A DNA stretch of 64,000 bases from Scyliorhinus canicula (taxonomy: Eukaryota): contig NC_052175.1 of assembly GCF_902713615.1 (NCBI RefSeq), positions 7,581,941 through 7,645,940 on the forward strand, read 5' to 3'. Shown here in pieces: positions 24,035-38,600 of the stretch (its first letter is position 1; every line of letters starts with the position of its first letter). The translations under genes and the position numbers were made by a program. Under the pieces are notes generated by a model. That model ran no database searches and was not told the DNA's origin. It worked only from the letters and a program-made list of their open reading frames with translations.

Positions 24035-27000
24035 TGGATGAACTTCGGATCATTCGGGAGGCAGAGGTGGTCATAGATAGTAGCTTCAGGGGTGTAGTTA
24101 CTCCGAAGAATCAAGATAGATGGGTAACGGTGAGAGGGGCTGGGAGGAAGCAGTCAGTGCAGGGATACTCTGTGGTCGCTCCCCTGAGTAACAAGTATAC
24201 CGCTTTGGATACTGTTGAGGTGGCCGACCTACCAGGGGTAAACCACGGTGAACGGATCCCCAGCATTGATTCCGTCCCCGTGGTTCAAAGGCGATGGAGG
24301 TAGAGCAGGAGAGCAATAGTTATTGGGGACTCGATAATTAGAGGGACAGATAGTGGGTTCTGTGTCGGCGAAAGAGACTCACGATGGTATGTTGCCTCCC
24401 GGGTGCCAGCGTCCATGACATCTCGGACCGTGTTTTCAGAATCCTTAAGGTGAGGGGGAACATTCACAAGTCGTGGCACACATCGGTTCAAACGACATAG
24501 GTAAGAGAAGGGACGGCGATTTAAAAGAGGAATGTAGGGAGCTAGGATGGAAGCAGAGAGGCTGGGCAAACAATGTTGTCATCTCTGGTTTGTTGCCGGT
24601 GCCACGTGCTAGAGAGGTGAGGAATAGGGAGAGAGTGCATATAAACACGTGGCTGCAGGGATGGTGCAGGAGGGAGGGTTTCAGCAACGTGGATAATTGG
24701 AGCACTTTCTGGCGAATGTGAGACCTGTGCAGACAGGACGGTTTGCACATGAACCAGAGGGGCACCGATATTCTGGGAGGGAAATTTGCTACTGCTCTTC
24801 GGGGTGGAGGGGGGATAAACTAATTTATCAGGGAGCTGGGAAAATGAGCTGTTGTCCAGACGCCAGTGTTTTGAGTAGTGAGGTACTGAGGAGGGTATCA
24901 AGGTCGCAGGAGTGTTCAAGCAGACAGAAATGTGGGTTGACGTGTGTCTACTTCAATGCAAGGAGCATCGGGAATAAGGTAGGTGAACTTGGAGCGTGGA
25001 TTGGTACTTGGACTACGATGTTGTTGCCATTACGGAGACATGGTTAGAACAGGGACAGGAATGGTTGTTGGACGTTCCGATGGATAGGTGTTTCAGTAAG
25101 ACGAGGGAAGCTGGTAAAAGGTGGAAGAGTAGCATTGTTCATCAAGGATAGTTTAACGGCTGCAGAAAGGCAGTTCGAAGGGTATATCCCTACTGAGGTA
25201 ATATGGGCCGAAATTAGAAATAGGAAAGGAGCGGTCACATTGTTAGGAGTTTTCTCCAGGCCCCCAAATAGTATTAGAAATGTGGAGGCAGAAATTGCAA
25301 AACTGATTATGGATAGGTGTGGAGGTCTCAGGGTAGTTGTCATGGGTGAATTTAACTTTTCAAATATTGATTGGAACCTCTGTAGGTCGAACGGTTCGGA
25401 CGGGGCAGTATTTTTACAGTGTGTGCAGGAGGGTTTCCTGACATAATTTGTGGATGGGCCGACAAGGGGTGGGGCACATTGGATTTGCTACTGGGTAATG
25501 AATCGGGCCAAGTGTTAGATTTGTTTGTTGGAGAGCACTTTGGAGATAGTGAATAAAATTCGGTGTCTTTCACTATTGCAATGGAGAGGGATAGGGCCAT
25601 ACGGGAGGGCAAGGTATATAATTGGGCGAGGGGTAATTATGATGTGATTAGGCAAGAATTCGGGAGCATAAGATGGGAACAGAAACTGTCAGGGAAAGGC
25701 ACAAATCAATAGTGGAGTTTGTTCAAGGAACAAATACTGCGTGTCCTTGATAGGTATGTTCCTGTAAGGCAGGGAGGAAATGGCCGTCTGAGGGAACCAT
25801 GGTTAACAAAAGAGGTTGGACGTCTTGTCAAGAGGAAAAAGGAAAACTATGTAAGGATGAGAAAACAAGGTTCAGTTGGGTCGCTTGAGGGTTACAAGGT
25901 AGCAAGGAATGAGCTAAAAAAAAAAAGGGCTCAGGACAGCTACGAGGGGGATGAGATGTCCTTGGCGGGTCGAATCAAGGAAAACCCTTGGCGTTTTACT
26001 CTTATGTGAGAAATGAAAGAATGACCAGGGTGAGGGTAGAGCCGGTCAAGGAAAGTAGTAAGAACTTGTGCATGGAGTCAGAAGAAATAGGAGAGGCGTT
26101 GAAAGAATACTGTTCTTCAGTGCTCACCAAGGAGAGCGGCCATGTTTTTGATGATGAGAGTGTGATACAGGCGGGTGGGCTGGAGGAAGTAGATGTTCTG
26201 AGGAAGGATGGATGAGGTATTTTGAAAAATCTGAGTGTCGACAAGTCCCCTGGGCCCGATGGGATATAGCCAAAGATTCTTTGGGAGGCAAGGGATTTGA
26301 TTGCAGAGACATTGGCTTTGATCTTTGGGTCCTCACTGTCCACGGGGATAGTGCCAGAGGGTTATAGAGTGGCGAATGCTGCTCCTCTGTTCAAGAAAGG
26401 GAATAGGATTGACCCTGGTAATTATAGGACAGTTAGTCTTACTTCGGTGGTCGGTAAGTTAATGGAAAAGGTCTGAAGGATAGATTTTATGACCATTTGG
26501 AAAGATGCAGCTTAATTCACGATAGTCAATAAGGTTTCGTGAATGGTAAATCTTGCCTCACGAATTTCATTGAATTCATTGAGAAGGTAACTAAGTGTGT
26601 AGATGAAGGTAGAGCAGTTGATGTTGTACACATGGATTTTAGTAAGGCGTTTGATTAGGTGCCCCATGGTCGGTTCATGACGAAAGTTAGGAGGTGTCTG
26701 ATAGAGTGAAATTTAGCAATTGGATAAGTAACTGCCTACCACATACAAGACAAACGTGGTGGTGGATTGACAATTTTCAGGCAGGAGACCAGTTTCCAGC
26801 GGTGTAGCACAGCGATCACTGCTGGGTCCTCTGCTATCTGTGATTTTTATCAATAACTTCAAGGAGGGGGCTAAAGGGTGGGTCAGTAAATTTGTTGATG
26901 ACACCAAGATTGGTGGAGTAGTGGATGAGGTGGAGGGCTGTTGTAGGCTACAAAGAGACATTGATAGGATGCAGAGCTGGACCGAAAAATGGCAGATGGA

Positions 27001-27772
27001 GTTTAACCCTGATAAGTGCGAGATGGTTAATTCTGGTAGAAAAAAATTGAATGCGGATTACAGGGTTAACGGCAGGGTTCTGAGGACTGTGGAGGAACAT
27101 AGTGATCTTGGGGTTCATGTCCACAGATCCCTGAAGGTTGCTACACAAGTGGATAGAGCCGTGAAGGAGGCTTATAGTGTGTTAGCGTTTATTTTAAGAG
27201 GCGCGGGGTTATGCTGCAACTATACATGACCCTGGTGAGACCACATTTGGGGTTTTGTGTGCAGTTCTGGGTCATCTCATTATAGAAAAGATGTGGAAAC
27301 ATTGTAAAGGGTGCAAAGGAGATTTACCAGGATGCTGCCTGGTTTGCAGGATAGGTCTTATGAGGAAAGGTTGAGGGAGCTAGGGCTTTTCTCTTTGGAG
27401 TGGAGGAGAATGAAAAGCGACTTAATAGAGGTTTATAAGATGATGAGGGGGGTAGATAGAGTGAATGTTCAGTTAATATTTCCTCGGGTGGATGAATCTG
27501 TTACAAGGGGGCATAACTATAAGATTCATGGTGGGAGATATAGGAGGGATTTCCGAAGTAGGTTCCGTACTCAGAGAGTGGTTAGGGTGTGGAATGGACT
27601 GCCTGATGTGATAGTGGAGTCGGACAGTTTTGGAGCTTCCAAGCGGTTATTGGATAGGCACATGGAGCACATCAGAATGAGAGGGAGTGGGATAGCTTGA
27701 TCTTGGTTTCGGACAATAATCGGCACAATATCGAGGGCCGAAGGGCCTGTTCTGTGCTGTAATGTTCTATGC
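24035..27772 (+). mobile_element. Near full-length degraded CR1 (ORF1 esterase plus ORF2)
   Basis: GDS esterase region at about 24310, frameshifted endonuclease and RT, tail gggccgaagggcctgttctgtgctgtaatgttctatg. Confidence 0.9.
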
Positions 27773-28337
27773 AATGCACTAATGTAATTCAGGGAAGCCG
27801 TTCGTTCCTAATATGGCCTGGTCTACATATAATCCCAGCCCGACAGAAATGTAACTTACTCTTTATGTGCCTCTGAGACAGCTAGCATGTCGCCCATTTT
27901 ATACAATCAGTCCAATAGGAAGCAATCAGGAAGGAGCAAGCTGACCCAGGCACCAGAAATCACAAATTAATAAAGAAAATAGCGGCAAACCCAGTCCTGC
28001 AATGTAATCTTTACTAAAATGTGGGGGCTTTTGACAAAATTAGGACAGATTTCCCCCTGGACAAAGACATCAAAAGCCAAACTGTCAAACTCACTGAATT
28101 GTATCAGGCAGACAAGGTTCCAGGCACTATCAGCACCGTTGAGGCGGCTTTAAAATGTTGGACAATCAGAAAGAAGTTATCCAGCGAGGTAACATGTTTT
28201 CTTGACCTCAAGAAGTCGCTTGCCAGTGGGTGAAATATGGCAAGAAAAAGTACCTCTGTTTACCATCTACGCCTCAGCTCATGAATCTACACTTACCGAT
28301 TTTGAACAGTACTTGGAGAAAACACTTAAGATATTAA

Positions 28338-28681
28338 GGGCAGCACGGTAGCATAGTGGTTAGCATAAATGCTTCACAGCTCCAGGGTCCCAGGTTCGAT
28401 TCCCGGCTGGGTCACTATCTGTGTGGAGTCTGCACGTCCTCCCCGTGTGTGCGTGGGTTTCCTCCGGGTGCTCCGGTTTCCTCCCACAGTCCAAAGATGT
28501 GCGGGTTAGGTGGATTGGCCATGCTAAATTGCCCGTAGTGTCCTAAAAATTAAGGTTAAGGGGGGTGTTGTTGGGTTACGGGTATAGTGTGGATATGTGG
28601 GTTTGAGTCGGGTGATCATTGCTCGGCACAACATTGAGGGCCGAAGGGCCTGTTCTGTGCTGTACTGTTCTATGTTCTATA
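28338..28681 (+). repeat. V-SINE subfamily A
   Basis: Consensus head, V-domain and tail. Confidence 0.9.
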
Positions 28682-29711
28682 TTATTGGCACGGAATTTAC
28701 TCTGATGGCGGATCACGGTCACTGGGAATGGCTGAATAGCACTACTTCTGGGCGAGCTGGCAGTGTTCAAAATTACATAAATTCCACTAGATTGGAAATA
28801 AGGCACGTGGTGTGGGTACAACCAAAAGGGGAAAATAACGAACGGAACTCGTGCTCAGCACTGTGACTGCGGAAGGTAAATCTATCTGTGACAGTATGGG
28901 CTGGTTACATCCATTCAGTGTTGTGGTGACGGTACACGGCCTTCATATCCTGTATCGTCGTTTGAGACCCAGCACATCCCCAAATAAACCTTTGGCATCA
29001 AGCCTAACTGAATGATGTCGGCGGTCAGGGCTGGGAATGAGCCTTGACGGCATTCTGGGAGGAGAAACAGCCTAAAATATGGTGTAACGTGGTGAACATA
29101 TAACAATGTCCATCCAAACAACAGAAAACAACATGAGACAGACAGGGATAAGTGATGCCACGGTCAATTGAGTACATGTAACCTATCAACTCCTGTCATA
29201 TCCTGTCGGAAATAGTGTTGGAAAATGAAACAGCAAAAGGTCAATTAACTCAAAATATATAACGATCCGCAATGATGGAAAGGCCCAGTACATTTCTGCA
29301 AAATATGCGGCTGAAGCATGTGCAACGGTTTTCAGCCAGAGGTGCCAAATGGTCAACACTTCAGCACTATATTCTTCGTTGTTAGTAACCTCTGTTGTGA
29401 ATGTTGATGGTTCATTATTTGACCTCGGACAGTGGGTTAACAAATTGGCTTGCGACTGTTGAATATTGAGTGAAGCAAGTGGGTGATTGCAGGGTCCACT
29501 GTCAATAACTAACGCCCTCACTGCAACCGGGAGATGTGCTGGATAACTGGCGCATCGCCAATATGCTACCATTAACATGAGGGGAGGAAGGGTGAAAACC
29601 GAAAATTACAGGCCAATCACTCGAACCTCAGTGGTGGGGAAGCTATTGGAAACAGTTCTAAGAGAAAGAATTAATCTGAATTTGGTGAGGCAGGAAGTAA
29701 TAAAGAACAGA

Positions 29712-30336
29712 ATTAAGACTAGGGAGGTTATGTTGCAATTGTTTAAGGTGTTAGTGCGGCCACACCTGGAGTATTGTGTTCAGTTTTGGTCTCCTTACTT
29801 GAGAAAGGACGTACTGGCGCTGGAGGGTGTGCAGAGTAGATTCACTAGGTTAATCCCAGAGTTGAAGGGATTGGATTATGAGGAGAGGTTGAGTAGACTG
29901 GGACTGTACTCGTTGGAATTTAGAAGGATGAGGTGGGATCTTATAGAAACATTTAAAATTATGAAGGGAATAGATAGGATAGATGCGGGCAGGTTGTTTC
30001 CACTGGCGGGTGACAGCAGAACTAGGGGACATAGCCTCAAAATAAGGGGAAGTAGATTTAGGACTGAGTTTAGGAGGAACTTCTTCACCCAAAGGGTTGT
30101 GAATCTATGGAATTCCTTGCCCAGTGAAGCAGTTGAGGCTCCTTCATTACATGTTTTTAAGGTAAAGATAGATAGTTTTTTGAAGAATAAAGGGATTAAG
30201 GGTTATGGTGTTTGGGCCGGAAAGTGGAGCTGAGTCCACAAAACATCAGCCATGATCTAATTGAATGGCAGAGATGGCTCGAGGGGCCAGATGGCCTACA
30301 CCTGCTCCTAGTTCTTATGTTCTTATGTTCTTATGT
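29712..30336 (+). mobile_element. 5'-truncated copy of the young CR1 family
   Basis: Nearly identical to about 7318-7935 (KTREVMLQL...AGKWS* plus 3' UTR). Confidence 0.92.
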
Positions 30337-32112
30337 AAACATGGTTTTGTTTGACTGACCTGATTTCTTTTCGGAGAAATGACCAAGTGCATTGATGAGG
30401 GAAATGCACTTAATGTAGTATACTTGAACTTTAGCAGGGCGTTTGATAAGTTTCAACATGCGAGAATGATAGAGAAAGTAAGAGCCCATGCGATCCGAGA
30501 AATCTGGCAAATTGGATGCACAGATTAATTTAATCATATAAGTTATCCACACTGGAATCAACTGTAAGGTGTGGGGTGGGGGGAGCGGGGGACTAGGGTG
30601 GCTGGAAGGGCAGTAACCATAAAGAGACAATCTTATATGGCTTGGTTTTAAAACATAGGGTGTCGGCTCATGAGCCAGATCGCCTACTCTTGCTCCAAAT
30701 TCTTATGATCTTGAACTTTCGGTCAAAAAGCGTTTTGAAATGAAGATGATTGGTCGGTCTCAGAATTCTTTTTGAAGTGAAAATGAAACGCACCGAAGCA
30801 TAAATATATGGTCGTGTTGTGTTGGATGAACTAGTTACGACACAGATCTAAATACAGTGAGAATGGGTCAGTTACCCACTTTTCGTTGTGGGAGCAATTC
30901 ATTCAAATTTCTCAAGTAAAGCAAATGAGTATTTAAAATCAACTTATGTTAAACAAATGTTTCTTAAAAACCTGCCTGCTAAACAACAGTCCTGGCCTGA
31001 GAGGCTGTTTAATGACTGCAGAATGACAATGACGTGTCGAACCCGATCAGCTTGGCAGTTATCGCAAAGGAGCAAACTGTTTCACCTTGAACGAGAAAAC
31101 ACATTTGGAACTGCCGATGTGAAAAAATCCATTCGTGCCTTGGGACTGCATTACTGAAAAATGACCTAATTCTGGGCAAAGCAGCGAAACACGTGGTGGA
31201 AATTCTTCACAACATTACTCGTGAGCGCATTACAAGCAATCTTCAGGATAATGGCGAGAAATGCAAGTTGGGACAAAAGACTGAGTTCATGCGTCTTTCT
31301 TGTGAGGAACCTTGGATCATGATTTTCCAGTCGAATAGGTTCTCAGTTGAGCGGAAAGTGTTGCGCTTCAACGTCGATCTGAAGTCGTCTCCAGAAATGC
31401 ATGACCTGGAATAACAAGAGAAAGAGTCAGTCGAGCCTGCACCGTCAAACAAATGTTCACAGTAAAGAGGCTCACTGGCTGTGACCATGCCTGTTTGCTG
31501 TCGACCACAGAGTGACGGCTTGCACACAGCCCATTCTGCAGCGTGCACGAGAACAAGGGCAGAAAGAGTTGTCAAGATTCTATCCAGTTTCGGCCGGTGA
31601 TGGAAAATAATTTGAGCCAGTACCTCTCAGTGGTTTTCCTGTTTTTACAGTTGATGCGCTTCGCGTTCAGAATTGTCTGCAGATGTTACACAATGGCACG
31701 GAACTAGAAACCGCAAGCTGAAGGAAGTGTGCCGCCCAGGTTTGATGCAACTGAACAAAGACCAGGCTGGTGTACTATGCACCTCATATAATGTCTCTCA
31801 TAAATGTGACTCCAGCTCCAGGTCACTCTGCAGTGCCCGGTTTGAAGAAAATGCGCACGTCCCACTCGTGATGTATTCCTAGAGTACGTGTCTCACAGTA
31901 AATTCAGAGAACAATATATATCCACACGCAACACTGCAAAAATGCGCCAAGGCTGCAAGCACACATTTCAAATCTATCCACGCACAATTCTTCCAATAAG
32001 TTTCCAGTATCTATGTAAACAGTTCATGTCATTAGTTGTGAAGATCATCTCTTCAGAATAGCCCACAAAGTACACAATTACATTCCCGTCTTAATTCCTA
32101 GCGATAATCATA

Positions 32113-32425
32113 GAATTCATGGAATTTACAGTGCAGAACGATGCCATTTGGCCCATCGAGTCTGCATCGGCTCTTGGAAAGAGCACCCAACCCAAGGTCC
32201 ACACCTCTACCCTATCCCCATAACCCAGTAATCCCACCCAAAGCTAAGGGCAATTTTGGACGCTTAGGGCAATTTAGCATTGCCAGTCCACCTAACCTGC
32301 ACATCTTTGGACTGTGGGTGGAAACCCACGCACACACGGGGAGGATGTGCAGACTCCGCACAGACAGTGTCCCAAGCCGGAATCGAAACTGGGACCCTGG
32401 AGCTCTGACGCATAATGCTACCGTG
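32113..32425 (-). repeat. V-SINE subfamily B, with internal deletion
   Basis: B-type tail and V-domain on the minus strand. Confidence 0.8.
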
Positions 32426-33124
32426 CTGAAAATCCATCCCTTTATCGTCCAGAAGGACAAGGCAGCACCCGTTTATAAACAGAACCACCTGCAAGCTCGC
32501 CTCCCTGGCAGAGACAAAGCTGATGGAAACTGCATTGCATTTGCTTCACTGTCAGGGTGTAACATTCCTGGAACTCGCTCCATCATAGCACTGTCACTGT
32601 TGGACATGGGGTGCTATCTTTGATGAAGGCACCTCATTACACCGATCAAGGGCCCCGATCGTGGTACATTCATACAGTTGGTGAGGCTCTTTTGAAAAAT
32701 CGTTCCATGTCTATCTCGATCTCTTTTACCTTTGAGCTTTCCCGTCAGCATCAGACCTTCCAAATTTTGATTTCTTATGACATGCCCAAGAAATTCCAAC
32801 TCTCTCTTCCTGTAGCTCACATTCTGTGAATTAATTAAGCATTATCTTCAATAGACACCACACATCCACATAATTAATATGCTAGGTAAACCTCTAAATG
32901 ATCAGCCTGTGCATTTAGATTTGGCCGAACGTCCACTGTGAAGCACAGGCGGTGACCAAAGTGTGTCAAATACATGTGGTGTTCGGCAGGATACCGCACC
33001 CCATGTTTCGTCATAGTTTCCACCGCATCTGTAAGTGGAGCAATTCACTAGGACTGAGCCAGGTCAGTCTGCGACCATTCAGCCTGCAGAAGCAAACTAG
33101 TGAAATCACCGCATCAATATATCC

Positions 33125-33173
33125 ATGGAATCTTTACGCCTCTTCCTGATTTTCCAACTCCTCAGGCTCCTGA
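33125..33173 (+). CDS. V-C1 receptor gene, exon 1 (leader peptide)
   Basis: ATG-initiated hydrophobic MESLRLFLIFQLLRLL followed by A|GTAAGT, a phase-1 donor matching the V exon acceptor. Confidence 0.8.
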
Positions 33174-33453
33174 GTAAGTGACGCCTCGGAATGTTAAACT
33201 GGAATCAGCCAAAATCAGGCTTCGTAGCTCTGAAAATGTGACCCAGTCATCGGGGGAAAGCGATGGAACGGGTAGTTTTAATTCATTTTTATGATTCTTA
33301 CTTTCAAGGGACGAAAAGGTCAATTGGAGAACAAATATAACCAAGAATAATGAACGACATTAATAAGATTGTTTTTAAATTACATGGACGTTCTTCCAAC
33401 GTTTGCTTCCTAAATCACGATAATCAGAGGTGATGTCACAATAATCTTTCTAG

Positions 33454-33786
33454 TTACAGAATCCGAGACCTCTCAATCTCACACTCCCTTCCAAATGACA
33501 GCTGACGTCGGGGAGACGGTGTATGTAGCCTGTCATCACATTTACGAAGTGGAATTGGAGGCTACCTATTTCTGGTACAAACAACGTGTGGGTGAAATCC
33601 CGAAACTAATCGATATCCCAGCCTGTGAGGGGAAATACTGTAATTTCAGTTCTAAAAAAGGCAGCAACAAAAATGAATTGATACTGGAACTTCGCAAAGT
33701 ACAGGTGAATGACTCGGGTTCCTATTATTGTGCTGATAAGGATGGTTATGCACCGCTCCAGAATGCACCTACATTACTGGTTGGAG
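33454..33786 (+). CDS. V-C1 receptor gene, exon 2 (Ig V domain including G strand)
   Basis: TVYVAC...FWYKQ...DSGSYYCA...NAPTLLVG. Acceptor ttctag (alternative ttacag at 33460, same phase) and donor G|GTAAGA. Phase 1-1. Confidence 0.92.
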
Positions 33787-33876
33787 GTAAGAGAACAAGT
33801 TAAATGAATTCAGATCGTGCACAACGTTATCATTGTGTGTAAATTATTTCTTATTTTTGTCCCAATATCGGTCCAG

Positions 33877-34206
33877 ACAGTTCCACCAACAAGACGGCTC
33901 TGCTGGTTCTTGTCCCACCGATTGAACTGAATTTAACGGAATCCGTCCCCTTGGTGTGTTTGGTCAGTGGAGTTTCTTCCAGGCAGATTGTTGTTTTCTG
34001 GAACATTTCCGGCCTGGTCACCGAGAGTCTGAGCGATCCCGGTACAATGGAGGCGGACGGAACCTACAGCATCCGAAATCACATCATGGTGTCGACGGAA
34101 ACATGGACAAACGGCAGTATCTGCACTTGTGTTGCTCAACTGGGGCCTGAAGGAAAAACATTGGGAAAGAGCGTGTCGTTCGCCAAAGGAACAGGGACGT
34201 GGACAG
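33877..34206 (+). CDS. V-C1 receptor gene, exon 3 (Ig C1 domain)
   Basis: (D)SSTNKTALLVLVPP...VPLVCLVSG...VFWNISG...DGTYSIRNHIMVSTETWTNGSICTCV. Acceptor gtccag and donor G|GTGAGT. 330 nt, phase 1-1. Confidence 0.92.
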
Positions 34207-35624
34207 GTGAGTGGGAGATCAGTGAAAAGAAGGATTGCGTTCAGAGCCAGTTGGATTTAGGTTTTAGGCATCTTCAGAAACCATCTATATAGCCGGTGAG
34301 GTTGTTTATGCATGTGTGTACTTTAGGTTGTTAAATTGGTTACATTAAAACGGGATTCTCTCTGCCCAGAGCAGGTTGTTGTCTGGTAATAACTTTCTTG
34401 TTTGCCCTTTTATTTCTGAAAATCTCTTAGAAGCTTTCAGCGATGCAGGCAAAACGATTTCATTTGGCCGATCCTGCCTCGGCTTTCCTTTTGAGTGCGT
34501 TCTCCTTTTTGGCCCGCCATTTTGTCATAACCATGTGATCAATTGTCATTCATGTCAACTTTTGATTTCCCTTTTGAAAGATATAATTGAACCTTTTTCC
34601 ATCGCTGTTTTCCGGCAGTATATCTTCTAATTGAGTTGAGGTTTTTTCTGCACTGCAGGCGCCATGAGGCAAAGATAAATCCCTATAGGAGGTTACATGG
34701 ACGAGTGTGCTGAGAAACGCAATTGATTCAGTTTTCTCTTTTTGTGCCGGAAGCTTATTTGCCAAAGGACAACTGCCTCGCCAAATCCTTTTTTAAAACG
34801 TTTGATTTGCTTTCTGATATAATAACCTTATATCGCATTCTTGATCAGCTCTGATCCGAGGGAATTGCGTAAAAGGGTGGATGGTGCTTTGCCTCTCTGT
34901 TCAATAATAGGGATTATTATTCAAATGATAAAATATTAATGCATGCTGCTGTGCACATAGTCCTGGGTATGCTAGTGCATGAGTCTCAAACAGTTGGTTT
35001 ACAGGTGCAACAGGTGATTGAGAAGGCAAATGGAATTTTGTCCCTCATTGCTAGAAGGATGGCGTTTAAGACTAGGGAGGTGATGCTGCAATTGTATAAG
35101 GTGTTAGTGAGGCTACACCTGGAGTATTGAGTTCAGTTTTGGACTCCTTACTTGAGAAATAACGTATTGGCACTTAAGGGTGTGTATAACATAGAACATA
35201 GAACATAGAACAGTACAGCACAGAACAGGCCCTTCGGCCCTCAATGTTGTGCCGAGGCATGATCACCCTACTCAAACCCACGTATCCACCGTATACCCAT
35301 AACCCTACAACCGCCCCCCCCCCTTAACCTTACTTTTTTTTATTAGGACACTACGGGCAATTTAGCATGGCCAATCCACCTAACCCGCACATCTTTTGGA
35401 CTGTGGGAGAACAGAGAACATAGAACATAGAACCTTACAGCGCAGTACAGGCCCTTTGGCCCTCGATGTTGCGCCGACCTGTGAAACAGCTCTAAAGCCC
35501 ATCTAAAGCTCTTATCGTCCATATGCCTATCCAATGACCATTTAAATGCGTTTAGTGTTGGCGAGTCCACTACTGTTGCAGTCAGGCCATTCCACGCCCT
35601 GACTACTCACTGAGTAAAGAATCT

Positions 35625-38600
35625 ACAAAACCGTGTGAGGGAACTGGAGCTGGAGCTGGATGAACTTCGGATCATTCGGGAGGCAGAGGGGGTCATAGAT
35701 AGAAGCTTCAGGGAGGTAGTTACGCCAAAGAATAAAGATAGATGGGTGACGGTAAGAGGGGCTGGGGGTAAGCAGTCAGTCCAGGGATCCCCTGTGGTCG
35801 TTCCCCTTAGTAACAGGTATACCGCTTTAGATACTGTTGGGGGTGACTTACCAGGGGTCAGACATGGGGTACAGGTCTCTGGCACAGAGTCTGTCCTGTT
35901 GCTCAGAAGGTAAGGGGGAAAGGAGTAGAACATTAGTCATTGGAGACTCCATAGTTAGGCGGATAGATAGGAGATTCTGTGGGAACGAGAGAGACTCGCG
36001 GTTGGTGTGTTGCCTCCCAGGTGCCAGGTTCGGGATGTCTCAGTTCGTGTTTTCGGGATCCTTAAGGGGGAGGGGGAGCAGCCTCAAGTCGTGGTCCACA
36101 TAGGTACCAACGACATAGGTAGGAAAGGGGGTAGCGACATAAGGCAGGAATTCAGGGAGCTAGGGTGGTAACTTAGAGCTAGAACAAACAGTTATTATCT
36201 CTGGGTTGTTACCCGTGCCACGTGCTAGCGAGTCAAGGAATAAGGAGAGAGAGCATTTGAACACGTGGCTGCAGGGAAGGTGCAGGAGGGAGGGTTTCAC
36301 ATTCCTGGACAATTGGGGCTCATTCTGGGGTAGGTGGGACCTCTACAATCGGAATGGTCTACACCTGGACCAGAGGGGTACTATAATCCTCGGGGGGATG
36401 TTTGCTAATGCTCCTCGGGAGGGTTTAAACTAGTTCAGCAGGGGGTTGGGAACCTAAATTGTAGCTTCAGTACACAAGAAGCTGAGAGTAGTGAGGTCAT
36501 GAGTAAGGTTTCAAAGTTGCAGGAGTGTACCGGCAGGAAGGAAGGTGGTCTAAAGTGCGTCTACTTCAATGCCAGGAGCATCCGGAATAAGGTGGGTGAG
36601 TACCTGGTACTTCGATGTTGTGGCCATTTCGGAGACATGGATAGAGAAGGGCGAGGAATGGTTGTTGCAGGTGCCAGGATTTAAATATTTCAGTATGTTC
36701 AGGGAAGTTGGTAAGAGAGGGGGAGGGGTGGCATTGTTAGTCAAGGACAGTATTACGGTGGCTGAGAGGACATTTGATGAGGACTCGAATACCGACGTAG
36801 TATGGGCTGAGTTAACAAACAGGAAAGGGGAGATCACCCTGTTAGGGCTTTTCTATAGGCCTCCGAAAAGTTCCGGAGATATAGAGGAAAGGATTGCAAT
36901 GATGATTCTGGATAGGAGCGAAAATAACAGGGTAGTTGTTATGGGGGATTTTAACTTTCTAATATTTGACTGGAAACACTATAGTTCGAGTACTTTAGAT
37001 GTATCCGTTTTTGTCCAATGTGTGCAGGAGGGTTTCCTGATGCAGTATGTAGATAGGCCAACAAGAGGCGAGGCCGTATTGGATTTGGTACTGGGTAATG
37101 AACCAGGACAGGTGTTAGATTTGGAGGTAGGTGAGCATTTTGGTGATAGTGACCACAATTCGATTAGGTTTACTTGAGCGATGGAAAGGGATAGGTATAA
37201 ACCGCAGGGCAAGAGTTATTGCTAGGGGAAAGGCAATTATGATGCGCTGATGCAAGACTTAGGATGCATCGCTTGGAGAGGAAAACTGCAGGGGATGGAC
37301 ACAATGGAAATGTGGGGCATGTTCAAGGAGCAGCTACTTCGTGTCCTTGATAAGTATGTACCTGTTAGGCAGGGAGGAAGTGGTCGAGTGAGGGAACCAT
37401 GGGTTACTAAAGCAGTTGAAACACTTGTCAAAAGGAAGAAGGAGGCTTATGTGAAGATGAGACGTGATGGTTCAGTTGGGTCGCTTGAGAGTTACATGTT
37501 AGCTAGGAAGGCTCTAAAGAGAGAGCTAAGTAGAGTCAAGCGAGGACAGGAGAAGTCTTTGGCAGGTCGGATCAAGGATAACCCTAAAGCTTTCTATAGG
37601 TATGTCAGGAATAAAAGAATGACTAAGGTAAGAGTAGGGCCAGTCAAGGACAGTAGTGGGAAGTTGTGCGTAGAGTCCGAGGAGATAGGAGAGGTGCTAA
37701 ATGAGTATGTTTCGTCAGTATTCACACAGGAAAAAGACAAAGTTGTCGAGGAGACTACTGAGACACGGGCTACTAAACTAGAAGGGCTTGAGGTTCATGA
37801 GGAGGAGGTGTCAGCGATTCTGGAAAGTGTGAAAATAGATAAGTCCCCTGGGCCGGATGGGATTTATCCTAGGATTCTCTGGGAAGCTATGGAGGAGATT
37901 GCAAATGTTGTCCCCTTGTACAAGAAGGGGAGTAGAAATAACCCCGGTAACTATAGACCAGTAAGCCTTACTTCTGTTGTGGGAAAGTCTTGGAAAGGTT
38001 TATAAGTGATAGGATGTATAATCATCTGGAAAGGAATAATTTGATTAGAAATAGTCAACATGGTTTTGTGAAGTGTAAGTCGTGCCTCACAAACATCATT
38101 GAGTTCTTCGAGAAGGTGACCAAACAGGTGGATGAGGGTAAAGCAGTTGATGTGGTGTATATGGATTTCAGTAAAGCGTTTGATAAGGTTCCCCACGGTA
38201 GGCTATTGCAGAAAATACAGAGGCATGGGATTCAGGGTGATTTAGCAGTTTGAATCAAAAATTGGCTAGCTGATAAAAGACGAAGAGTGGTGGTTGATGG
38301 TGAATGCTCTGACTGGTGTCCAGTTACTAGTGGTGTGCCACAAGGATCTGTTTTGCGGCCGTTGCTGTTTGTCATTTTTATAAATGACCTGGAGGAGGGC
38401 GTAGGAGGATGGGTGAGTAAATTTGCAGATGACACTAAAGTCGGTGGAGTTGTGGACAGTGCAGAAGGATGTTACAAGTTACAGAGGAACATAGATAAGC
38501 TGCAGAGCTGGGCTGACAGGTGGTAAATGGAGTTTAACGCAGAAAAATGTGAGGTGATTCATTTTGGAAGGAATAACAGAAAGGTAGAGTACTGGGCTAA

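Noticed and set aside
29186-29578. 130-aa minus-strand ORF with a weak TCR-TM-like stretch (WLKTVA)
   Set aside because: No proper hydrophobic span and no donor or partner exons found.
29577-30233. 218-aa ORF
   Set aside because: An in-frame junction of an old CR1 scrap and a young CR1 3' fragment, not a host gene.
33787-33876. RSS heptamer-like words (CACAACG, and CACAATG on the minus strand) after the V exon
   Set aside because: No nonamer at 12 or 23 bp spacing, and the site is downstream of the G strand in an ordinary 90-nt intron.
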